NCBI GenBank assembly: GCA_032718475.1
Contig: JAUCBJ010001574.1
Coordinates: forward strand, 2,235 to 66,234
From: Nemertoderma westbladi
Lineage: Eukaryota > Animalia > Xenacoelomorpha
Length of the DNA stretch: 64,000 bases
Direction: 5' to 3'
The notes below the pieces were generated by a model, which did no database searches, was not told the origin of the DNA, and worked only from the letters and a program-made list of their open reading frames with translations. Positions 52,101 through 64,000 of the stretch are shown one piece after another. The translations under genes were made by a program, and so were the position numbers. Position 1 is the first letter of the stretch. Each line of letters starts with the position of its first letter.

Positions 52101-52360
52101 TACGAAAATCATTAGCCATCCCGTTGTGTTTAGTGTAAGTCATAACTCTGTTTACATACTTAAAGCGCCACGTCCTAAAGGAACTGTTAATATTTCCCGA
52201 AAGTAAATAATATTTGTCCGAGATTATATATTAACGATCAATCGAATAGTATAGTAAGTCTACACCGCAATAAGGTCAGAGCCTCCGAATCCAGTCTCCC
52301 TTAACTGTGGGTGAATGGTCGCGCATAGGCTGGCTTCGGCTAATGTAACTTTATATCTTA

Positions 52361-52625
52361 CTAGCAGGCAATACCCGAGGCATGTTACCCGGTATTTCCC
52401 GCTACCGGCATATGCCTACTGGCGTACTGGTACCGGTATAGGCCTACTGACGTACCGGTACCCAGTACCGGTACCGAACTTGAATTATACTTTTCGAAAA
52501 GTGGCCTATAACGACCGCTGGTTAAAGTTATACACACATGCCAAGTTCCAGCGCAATCCCTCCGCCCGTTTTGGAGGAGTTCGAACACAGAAAGAAAGAG
52601 AGAATTTGATTTTTATAGGTATAGA
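52361..52625 (-). mobile_element. 265-bp non-autonomous Helitron inside the copy F LTR
   Basis: Minus strand reads A|TC...CTAG|T with a subterminal imperfect hairpin (TACCCG...CCGGTA on plus); absent from the other LTR copies. Confidence 0.8.
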
Positions 52626-52723
52626 TATGCAACAAATACTTGTTATAGGCTAAAGTCGATTTATAAACTAGAAGACACCTAAAATTAGCGGGTTAAACTG
52701 CTAAAGGTCTAAAAGCGCGAACA

Positions 52724-52734
52724 ATAACAGTTAT
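52724..52734 (+). promoter_or_regulatory. Putative self-priming PBS of copy F (ATAACAGTTAT), complementary to 51826-51836
   Basis: Exact 11-nt reverse complement of ATAACTGTTAT. Confidence 0.75.
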
Positions 52735-54649
52735 TGTAGTTTCTTTATTGCAACGTAGGCAATAAAGTCGAAGGTACCGGTCGAACGGTGAGCTGTAGGC
52801 CTAACTGCCCAACTGCACGAACCGGTACTTACAGGTACATCAGTATTATTCGATTTTGATAATTATATACCGGTAGGTCTTGATATTTAATCAGGGACTG
52901 CAGCCCTGGTTTTTATTGGGATTTTACTTATTTCTGTCAGTTTTATTTATCTGTAAGTTAATATTGAGCAGAAGGCGTGTAAGCCTGCTCAGATTGTATA
53001 AATAATTTGTAGGCTGGATTGTTGTCTGGTTGTTGTTAAGTCTGAAGAGATTGCAGTGTGTGTAGAGTGTATGTCCGATAAAGTACTAGTTAGGAACGTG
53101 GGGGCATCCAGAGCTGTAAGGTAAATCCCCCCCCCCCCCCCCCCCCCCGAAAGAATAAGTCGTACTACTCGGTTAGAACGAGTACTAACTAACCATTTCG
53201 GAGTCTGCATATACTGTAGTTTATTTAGGCTTGATAGTAGTCTGCAGGCGTTTGGTCTGTATTTTGTTTGTGTAGTCTGTACGGGTAGCGTAATATTTAT
53301 TATTCAGAGTTTATGCGATTATTCGCAACATACACAACCCCAAGTTTATTCCTACAGTAATTGTGCTTGTTATACATACCGTTATAGTTAAATTAACCCC
53401 GGTACTACATCAGGGCTGTTTGGCGTAGGTAAAGACTGGTGATTTTATGCTCTAGTCACTCCAGCAGATACTGTGGTTCTTTTAGCTGTACAAGTATATT
53501 TAACTGCTGGTTATTTGTTGTATAAGTACTTGTACCTAATTTAGGGTTTAGTGTACAGTGCTTTCCGAAGGTAATTAGTTTGTAGGCAGTATATTTGTGT
53601 TGTAAAGTGGTTAATAGGCACGTTAGCTATAGTTGGCTGCGGTAATTAACTTCTAGGTAGGAACACTCCGGGTACATAACGTAGTACTTATAGAGCTGTA
53701 AGCTAGAGACTATAAGTCGTCAGACGGTGGTATTTTCTTATCTAGACAACGCAATATATTTACTACTGCTTAATTATTTTCAAATACCGTAGTATCCTGT
53801 CCGTTGTAATAACCAGAAATTCTAACCCCTTGTTAGGCTGGTTTGTAGATTTCTTGTAAAATTAACCCTAAAATTTGTACGTGTAATTTTTGTGTTTATT
53901 TAGAGATTGTAATCTCACCCCTTAATTGTACGTAATTTGTAGTAATAAGTAACTTAGTAAATTAGAATTATTTGTTTTAGTGTCCAATAAGTAGCACTCC
54001 ACTGAGAGCGTTCAGCTTCTGTGAAGTGACTCCTTACCTAGAAATAATAACATTTATTTCGAATATTGTCAAAACCCATTAAACGGGTATATATATATAT
54101 TATAAATCAACTCAAACCGATTTATAAAATAGTAGGCCTGTTATACATAAATTAGGTCTTAATATCAGTTGGACTACTGCTTAAATAACGGTAATAAAGT
54201 GAAGTAAAGTAACTAGGTAACCCTAAAATTCAGAAATTCAATTATTCTAAAATAATTGACATACCGGTATTTACGATAGGCTTATTATATTTATTCTATA
54301 AATTTATGCTGAAATTATATACCGGTATTCTGTAATTAATTTAGTCTATAATTATACTTATATATACTACAAGTGTAAGCTGTATACCGGTATTCACGGT
54401 AGGCTTATTATATATTTATATATATTTATGCTGAAATTATATACCGGTATTCTGTGACAAACCCTAGTCTGTAATAATACATATATATATACTATAAGTG
54501 TATACCGGTATTCTAATATATTGTATATATATCACGTTACACTGAGTAACGATATCGGTAATTAATTACTAGGCTTTTAGTTGATACTGAATTACTAGAC
54601 TTGCTTTAACTGTAGTTCTAGCAGTAGGCATTCAACTGTACAAATAAAC

Positions 54650-57600
54650 ATGGCTGACACAAAGCAAAACCTGTCAGGCAGTCTCCTAGATACAACAATC
54701 TGTGATCCAAATAGGATTGCGGAACGTTTGAGACCGAAGTTCAACTCCCCTCCTACTGTAAGAAAGGTCATCCCTCCAGTAGTAGTATCAGACCCTAGGC
54801 TAGTTAAACACCGTAGGTCTATCATAGGCACTCGGGCTCAAGTCAAGCGGGACCAAGAGGCAGCTGTTAAACAACAGCAACACTCGAGCCGAGAACTTAT
54901 TTCTCAGCGGCCCGATAGCTCCAGTAGTTCAGATACTGTAGAGTTGACACCCGAGCGCGGAGCAAAAATGGCAGATGCAGTTTATTCGGATCCACTTCTC
55001 ATTCTTCATGAAGCCGTACTCACTAGAGTATTGATTGCGGTGGAGGAACATCAAATGGATTGGGCGAGAAGTAAGCGATCGACCAAGGACAGTTATGCGG
55101 GATACACGAAGGAGGAACTGAAGTCTATTGTCGAGACGCAATGGAATTTCCCCGGACCCGGACTCCCGTTTAACTTATCAGAAGCTGCCTGGGAGGACTT
55201 ATACAGGATGGGAGTGGTAAGGGACACTAGAGATCCAGCTGTGTGGAAGAGGTCGGCAGCAGGATATGTACAGGGATTCTTCAGCTCTCTGGAGCGATTA
55301 GAGGAACAACTGTTTCAACAACCCCAAGGACCTCAAGAGCAGGGAGAGCTGCTTTATCAAGTTCGAGAAAGAATTCTAAGAATCAGACTAATCCTATCGG
55401 CCTTTGAGGAAGCTTCGAAAAGAAGCCAAGACACGTCGTTGCAATTTGCCGTAAAGACTTGGTTCCAGCGGGTGGGTCTCAAAGTTCAAGGAACGGCCCA
55501 GTGGAAATTTCAGCTGGCTGAGCGCTCAACCCACGGAGAATCAACAGACGCTACCTTTTCTCAAGTGGAAAGCGAAGCGACAGCAGAGAAACCTCAGAAG
55601 AAGGACGCTATTGACATATATCTGTCGGACTATCAACGATTTCTAGGTGATGAAGAGTTGAGGAGACGGCTGGCTGGACCTCGTCCTAATAGTGAAGGAG
55701 CCAAGTTTGTGTTGGACGCAATAGATGCGGAAAGGTTAGAAGCGGATCGAGCTAAATTTGATGAAAGAATCCGCATCGTTAGGGAACAGGAAGAACAATT
55801 AAAGAAAAAACAAAAAAGCTGCAGTGGCAGAGGCAGAAAGAAAAGCGGCAGCGGCAGCGGCAGAGGCAGAAAGAAAAGCGGCAGTGGCAGAGGCAGAAAG
55901 AAAAGCGGCAGCTGCAGAAGCCGAAAGAACTGCGGCGGAGGCAGTGGTAGAAGCAGAACGGAAGGCATCTGAAGAGACAACCCAACTAGAGTTGGAAAAT
56001 CTTCAAGAGAAGCAAGACTACTTAAATAAACATATAACAGCTAGTCAGATGCAGCTGATAAGTCGATCTACTCCCAAGCGACAGGGATTTACATCATCTG
56101 ATGAAGGCGAGACAACAGATCCTGAAGGCGGAGGAAATAGATCTCGTCTCAGCAGGCGTAGAAGAATGCCCCACCGTCAGAAATTGCCTAATTTGCCCCC
56201 AGCCGTGAGAAGGCAACTAGCTAGCACAGACTTAGGTAGTACAGAACCCACAGACCAAATTATGAGAGTAGAAAGACTCCCTATTATAGTAGATGAGCCT
56301 GAAATAATTAGGCCTGTTCTCGAAGCCACCCCTTCTGTGATAGAGACCCCTGTACTTCCAGAACTTAACTCTAAATTCCCTTTGCATAGTACTAAACTAC
56401 CTGTATCCAGTAGGACAGTTCCTCAGTCAACTCCGGTCCTGGACGCCGAGCGAGACATTAACAATTTGTCACCCTTCGTCCCTCGTCTACCCGCTACTAT
56501 GTTGGCGGCTCCCGCTTCGGCGGTAGAGTGGGTGGATGAGCGACGGCAGGGGATGGATATTCTCCTCGGGCAGATAGAGGAGAATCAGGCACGCTCCTCC
56601 CAGCAGGTCCGAGAGTTGGAGGGGACTGTTCAACAGTTAAGGGGAACAGTAAGAGAGAGTAGGTTAGAATTGCAGGAAGTGCAGCAGAGTATCGCATTAG
56701 AACGAGATAAGTTAGTAAATCTACAAAAGGGTGTACCACCACCCTCTGTAAAAATGTGTCAACCTGTTAGGTCTGAAGTATTTCATGCGCAAGGTGTGGA
56801 GCCTACACGCATCTATACTGCTAGTGAAGTAGAAACTCCTATAGTAAACCCTATTAAGGGTAATTATAAACCTGTTGACAATGATATTCCATATAGACCT
56901 GATAATAATCCGAGAAATTTATATACCGATAACTCGATATTAAATAATACGATGGCCCAAGAAAGTTTTACGCGTCAAATGGCTAGAACCGAAGCCCGTC
57001 AAGCGGTAAAGGTGGGAGAGATCGTCAAGTTCAATGGAGATGAGATGAAATGGTTACCTTTTAATGAATATTATAAAGATAACATACAGAACTCTGTGCT
57101 ATCTAACGGAGAGAAACTTAGATTCCTCATCGAGTGTTTGGAAGGACCTCCCAAGTTAATGGCATTAAAGTTTATTGGACATCCAGATGGATTAAGACAA
57201 GTTTGGGATACACTAAACATCAGGTATGGTAATAGGACAAACATAGCTAGGTATTTGTATGCAAAATTGGTAGCATCCCGAAAGTTCATTAGCAGCAGGA
57301 TTATAGAGTTTTCCGATGAGATTCAGGAGATCTGTAGACAACTAGATTGGTTAGGTAAGTCTCATGAATATCAGAGTTCCATGGTTATTGGAGCCGTAGC
57401 CTCTACTTTGCCCAAGGGTGGAGTAGGTACTCGCTGGGACAAGAAAGTGCTCTATATGATGGACCAGCAACAAAGAGACCCTACCATGGCTGATCTCATG
57501 TCATTCTTAAATGGAGAGGTAAGATTACAGCTCCTAAAGCAGTCCCGAGAGAAGACACCGGATAATAAGGTAAGTGAAAAACCCGTTTCTAGAAGAAAGG

Positions 57601-60600
57601 TAACACCAGTGTGTTATACAGACGACGGCGAAAGCCAAACCTCTCAAGAGGAGAGCAACGGGAAAGACACTGAAAGATCTTACTATGTCAACAAAACACC
57701 AAAGGATGTAAGTAAATTTAAGTCTCGAACCAGTGACAGGAGAGAACAGACAACAAAAACTCCTCCCACGTCTCCTAAGAGAATTCATGGAAGAAAGCCC
57801 GAGGAAAGAACGAGTGTGCACAACACTTCCCAAGGTAAAGTAAGTAACATCAAACCAAAATGTGCATTGTGCGACGGACCCCACCGTTTAAGTGTGTGTG
57901 AGGAATTCTTAAAGAAATCCCTAAAGGATAGACGCGAAGTCATGTGGGATAAGCGGTTGTGTTATAATTGTCTCAGACAAGGACACCAACGGCGAACCTG
58001 TTACTCCGACGCAAGGTGTGCGAAGTGCGGCGCGAAACATCATATTTTGTTGCACACCGAATTCAAAAGAAACAGCCCGAGTCAAGTAAGTGAGTCCGAA
58101 CTACATGTCCAATTCAGTGATGTGAACGACACTGACCTCAGTTCTGAGATGGAAGGATTCTACACGGATGAATTCTCCGACGAAAACGAATCCTGTTATC
58201 TAATAAACACTGCAGTGTATCGAGCACTTACGTATGAGACTGAAACTGATAGTGAGCTCCCCCTAACTATTCCAGACCGACAACCATCTTGGAAAGCGCC
58301 AACTGCCAACGTAGGAATCCGAGAATTTCCCGTAGTGCAGTTGAGAGTCCACGGGTTAGAAAAGAGCTATATAGTGAACGCCCTCCTTAACTCCGGCAGC
58401 ACAGGAACATTCATCGACAAAGAACTAGCCGAAGACATCTTTGCTGGACAACCCAAGTTCCGAACTAAATTGAACCTTTCAGGAATTATGCAGGTTTGGA
58501 AATCTACAGTAACTACAGACTACTATGTAGGCGCGTTGTCCACCCCCCAGGATGAACTAGGAGAACACAGTATAAGGTCAGTAAAAATGGTGGCGATAAA
58601 GAACTTCGCTACCAGACAAGTGGAACCTTATAACTGGGATGAAGACGATTTCACCCAGCAGCATGAGATACCTAGATTCAACACCGACTACCCAGGGGTA
58701 CAATTACTCATCGGCCAAAATGCGCATGAAGCGCTTGAGACATTAGAGAAATGGCCTGCTCAACCGCAACCACTGCAAACCTATGCGGGAAGAACCAGAG
58801 TAGGTTGGTACTTTACTGGACCTTCCCGTAGGACTCTAATGGAAAGGCTACCTAAAGAGCAAGTCTACCAGGTGAGTGAATGGGAAGGGGAAATCAGTGA
58901 AAGAGACGACACACCTGAGGGAACACCATATTCCTCAGACAATGATGATATTCATCAACTATTCGACGAGGAGAATACCATCGACCTCCTTACGAAAGTG
59001 AAACTTGGCAAAACCAAGTGAACCTGTGTCACCTCATCCATCCAGCGGGACAAGTCGATTACAACGACGAACTGAATGAAGTGATAGATCGTTACAACGC
59101 GCAGACTCGCGATGAACACGCCGTATGATTCTTTACTCAAGAGGCTGTAGAGCCCAATTCCTAGGATAAGGCCCTATCGGTAGAAGAGGAAAGAGCCAAG
59201 CAGATACAGAAAACGACTACACGTTTTCTTAAAGATCAAGGTAGGTATGAGATTGGTCTGCCTTTCCGACGGCAAGAACCCAATTTTATAAACAACAGCA
59301 AATGCTTCAGCTAAGGAGATGTACCAGACCCAGCTGAAGAAATTCATTGACAAGGGATATGCGGAGCGAGTACTGGAAGAAACACCTATAACTGAGAGAA
59401 CGTACTATTTAACACATCATTACGTTCCCAAACCCGGTAAACCCAACGAAGTCCGGGTAGTATTTGACGGCTCCGCCCTCTACATGGGACAATCCCTTAA
59501 CTCAGAGTTGTTGCCGGGACCCAACTTACTCCAATCCTTGTTGGGAATACTCTTAAGATTACGACAATATTCGATCGCTTTCGCCTCCGATATAGAAGGC
59601 ATGTTCTTACAAGTTAAGGCGCTGGATAAGGATCGGGACAGCCTACGATTTCTGTGGTGGCCTGAAGGAGACCTCAACCAGAAACCGGTGGAGTACTGGA
59701 TGACCATCCAGGCTTTTGGGATCATCTCGAGCCCTTCAAACGCCTGCTCAGTAGTGCGCACCACTGCTGATGACAACCGGGACGCCTTCTCCAAAGAGGT
59801 TATCGACAACATCAAATGGGATATATACATGGACGACAATTTAAAGTCCCTCCCATCGGTGGAAGAAGCCATTGATGTCGCCAAAGGAATGGTAGAGTGC
59901 TTGAAAAGAGGTGGATTTCGATTAACTAAATTCACCAGTAACTCCCGTGAATTTCTGGAATCGATCCCGGTAGAAGACCGAGGAGTTAAAGATCTAGACC
60001 TTATCAAGGACGATCTTCCAGAAACCAAGACGCTTGGTTTGAAATGGGACACAGAGAGAGATATCCTATTTTTCCAGCTAAAACAGCGAGATAATCCAGT
60101 TCGGACTAAACGGATTTGTCTAAGTATCCTGAGCACTTATTTCGATCCATTGGGATTTATTAGCCCAGTTATATTGATTGCTCGGAGTTTAGTACAACAA
60201 ATGTGGCTTGAAAACCACTCGTGGGACGATCCACTTAAGGGAGAACTATTAAAGAAGTGGATGAAATGGAAAGATTCTCTACCATCTATCGAGAATTTTA
60301 CAATTTCCCGTTCATATTTTGGTCATGTTCTCCCCACGTATTCCTATCAACTCCATGTGTTTGGAGACGCCAGCGATATGGGATTAGGTATAGTAGCCTA
60401 CCTGAGAGTTGAAACTCCGGATGGAATTAAGGTCGCCTTGGTTACCTCTAAGGCCTTGATAAACAACAAGTTGAAAGTTCCTCGAGCGGAGTTAAAAGCG
60501 GCTCTATGCACTACGGCCATCAGCCGGAATGTAACAGAACAGATCGACTATCCACTGGAGAAAACTGTCTATTGGACCGATGCTTTACTCGTGTTGGAGT

Positions 60601-62712
60601 ATATAACCAATGAAGTCTGTCAGTTCAGCGTCTTCGTTACCAACAGAGTAGCCATTATACTTAGTTGCACAAAGATAGATCAATGGAGACATTGCCCTGG
60701 GACGATTAATCCAGCCGACATCGCCTCCAGGGGAGCAACTCCACAAGAACTGATAGATACTCCAGACTGGTTAGGTGGACCCGACTTCCTAAGCAGGGAA
60801 TAGGATGAATGGCCTCCTCATCTTACTACGGCGGAGATTAGACAAGCCAAGGGAGCGGAGAAAGTCAAACCTAAAACCCGGGCGAGTAAATCGAAGTTAT
60901 TTAAACCCGTGATAGATCTGTCTGTACTACACACTTCCGGAGATGACGTTTTGGATCCAAAATCCTCAGCCACAAACAAGTCTGTTGTGGAAATCAGAGA
61001 GAGAGATTGGAAATCTGGAACACCAGACGTCTCGCAGGGACTCTCACCCCTCCTGCAGAGAGCGATACATCACTATAGCTCCTGGAATCGGCTTTGTAAG
61101 GCCGTTGCTTATTTGAAGCGATGTTTTCATCATCACTACTCCAGGACGAAGATCGCTAGTGATACCGCTCCACTGACATCTGCGCAGGTCCATGTTGTTA
61201 AAGATCTTCCCAAATACAAGATATCAGACAGATTTCTGAAGGAGAGGATCAGTTACCAGGAGCATGAAGAAACAAATAAGCAGATACTGAGACTCCTGCA
61301 ATGCTATGAGGATTCCGATAAGTATTTCCTGTTGTTGAGAAATCCACAGATGCGCTTAAGGGATCGTTTCTCTAGCACAATGATAGATGGGTTAATACGC
61401 GTTGGAGGAAGACTAACTAATGCTCCATTATCCTTTGACACTAAGTTTCCCATACTCATTAGAAATCTTGAAATACAAATCAAGATGATTGTAGATGTTC
61501 ACAGTAAGCTTTACCATGCTGGTTGAGAACGAGTTCTTAGCGAAATTCGAACTCGCTATTATTTTCATAAACCCCGTAGAGCTCTGAACCAAGTTCTTAG
61601 GAACTGCATACCCTGTAGGAAAGCATTCAGTAGGCCTTTAACACAGCGAGAGGCAGAATTACCTAGGGAACGAGTAAGCTTCTATGAACCACCCTTCACA
61701 AATACCGGTGTGGATTTATTTGGCCCTATTGAAGTATATCGTGCTAGGACTATAGTCAAGAGATGGTGTGTCATCTTTGTCTGTATGACTTGTAGAGCTA
61801 TCCATCTCGATATGGTGAACGATCTATCTACCAACAGCTTCATACTGAGCTTACGCCGACAGATCGCTCGCTTTGGAACTAGTAACACGATGAGATCTGA
61901 TAAGGGAACGAACTTCATTGGTGCCAACAATGAAATCAAGGCTTACGTCAAAGATTGGAACCAAAGACAGGTGGACGATCAGCTAAGGGTAACAGCGTCT
62001 AGCTGGACCTTCAACGCCGCCGACGCCCCTTGGTGGGGAGGAAGTTGGGAGAGATTAATCAGAAGCGTGAAGACCGCATTTCACTTTATAGTGCCGTGCC
62101 GTCGCGTATCTCACCGACGAACTTTTGCGGACGTTAATGGAGGAAATCGCCGCCTATCTCAACGAGAGACCGCTTATGCCAGTCTCATCGAGTCCCGATT
62201 CCCTGGAAGCGCTAACACCCGCGCACTTCCTACTGAAGAAACCTGTAGCCATGCTCCCACGATCGGAAATCACGGACGGAGACGAATACTGCCGGCAAAC
62301 TTGGCAACTTATGCAGTTGTTATCCCGTCGTTTCGCTGACCATTTCGAAAAACATTATCTGCCTACGCTACAACTTCGAACTAAGTGGTTTGCGCAGCAA
62401 GAAAACGTCAGCGCCGGAGACATGGTCCTTATTGTGGAGTCAGATCTTCCACGTAAGCGGTGGCAGACAGGTCGTATCATCGAGACTCATATCTCAGATG
62501 ATGGTTTGGTGCGATCGGTAGAACTCGTCGTCATGCGACGTAACTTTAAGAAACCCGGAATTGTGTTCGAAACACAACAACTCAATCGCCCAGTTGGTCG
62601 TTTATGTTTACTGGAAAGAGACAGAGAACTCTCCGGAAACTATGGAAGGCAAGATACTCTTCCCACGACCACCTCCCTAATCCAACCAACATCCAGGGAC
62701 TCCCCAACGTAA
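54650..62712 (+). pseudogene. gag-pol: Bel/Pao gag-pol polyprotein (Gag, PR, RT, RNase H, IN) broken by frameshifts and stops
   Basis: Triple Zn knuckle; protease LLNSGS (D>N); RT VRVVFDGS, SDIEGMFLQV, YMDD; RNase H LHVFGDAS, PRAEL, YWTDA; integrase DLFGP, SDKGTNF, WWGGSWERLIRSVK; C-terminal YLPTLQLRTKW. Confidence 0.95.
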
Positions 62713-64000
62713 CAGCGTCTGGAGTGGGTGTGTGACTATATTATTTTATATATTTTTATTATTTTATATTTATGTATGTGTTATTATGTACTTTTATTAT
62801 AATCGTTTTCTTTAATTTTATTTAGTGGAATGTTATTTTAGCGATTATCTAGTAGATTAGTGCAATAGATATTAGTCTTATTACTTAATTACTTATATTA
62901 TATATATTTAGTGCGACGGCGAGAAATAATTATTTTTCTCTTTCCTTACTGTCCGTATCATATTATAAATACGTGACTACAGTAAGATGAAATGTCCGTA
63001 CTTATTAAAGTACAATAAAGCTCCTACTATACTCAAGTATTATTGGTAAGTAGAGTATTAGGAATGCAAAGTTCAGATCCTCGTGTCTCGGCTAAACCAA
63101 GCTCTGGGTAGACCTTGGAAACGACTTGCCTCTTCTCACTGACATTGCTTCTTGCAATATTGCTCTCATACCGTATATTAAATAATACATATAGTAGCGT
63201 GATGTCCCTTTAACAGTAGCGTACGACGCAAAATAAATCTGTTAAACCCTTTGACCATCTGTAATTCTAGTCGATTAAGATATCGCGGCACCCACCGATA
63301 TACTTGAAAGACAAAATTCTAGAATCAATGGTTAACGTCCCCAGACATGTTCTGGAATAAACCGGTGCCCATCTTAAATATTAACTATTAATATTTATAA
63401 AATCTGTCAAACAAATACAATAGAGTAAATACTTAAAAGTTAACTCTAGAAAATCTATAAATTAAAATCTGTTAAATTTTAGATCCTTTAAAATTCTAGT
63501 CGATTAAGATATCGTAGCACTTACCGATACTCTTAAAAAGACAAATTTCCTAGAATCAAGGATCACAGTTCCCAGACATGCTCTGGAATAAAATTGTGCT
63601 TATTCCAACATTAAATAATAAAATTTACGGGAATAAATTTAAATTCATCTCTTTTAATGAATTTGATAAATTGTCATTTTTATACAATTTATAACATTCC
63701 CAAAATTCCATTAATTAATAGATCATGGGAGCGGAGATTCACCCTATTAAGTATATTAGTGTGCGAGAATCTCCAATATATAGTCAATAGCCGATAAAAT
63801 TCATAAAATCATGTATAAAGAGGAATATTGACAATTAAAGAATTACTATTAAATAGCATCCCAGATCTGTATGCATGAGAATTACCCTAATTCTACTGCT
63901 AGCTTTCCATAATGTCACCATGGCAACAACCACGCTAGAATTAGAAGTGAGTTAAAAGAACAATAAAGCTTGCCCCATTGAATAGCATAAGGAATAAATA

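Larger units (their letters stand above)
51382..64000 (+). mobile_element. Bel/Pao copy F: most complete coding copy; runs off the end of the window
   Basis: 5' LTR 51382-52723, leader, gag-pol; 3' region from 62713 is homologous to 44943-~46180. Confidence 0.96.

Overview
AT-rich eukaryotic (probably invertebrate animal) DNA made almost entirely of nested transposable elements and tandem repeats. I could not support any intact host gene. It is dominated by one Bel/Pao LTR retrotransposon family: six copies (A 7515-~10600 minus, B 17824-23703 plus, C 23704-27772 minus, C' 27773-29227 minus, E 37387-49165 plus, F 51382->64000 plus) and one LTR fragment. Also present are RTE, CR1/L2-like and CRE-like LINE remnants, a decayed MULE transposase, MULE and Tc1/mariner-type MITEs, Helitron/Helentron-type non-autonomous elements and several micro/minisatellites. 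The main observation is that these Bel/Pao elements have no tRNA-type primer-binding site. In all five 5' LTRs the 11-12 nt directly after the LTR are the exact reverse complement of a site inside the same LTR, and the two sites change together across four sequence variants. This is the signature of Tf1-like self-primed reverse transcription, which I know only from Ty3/Gypsy elements. The family also has a very long Gag N-terminal extension, a decayed extra 3' ORF with a basic tail, and a recently inserted Gag-protease-only derivative. All calls come from reading the sequence by eye; no searches or alignments were run.
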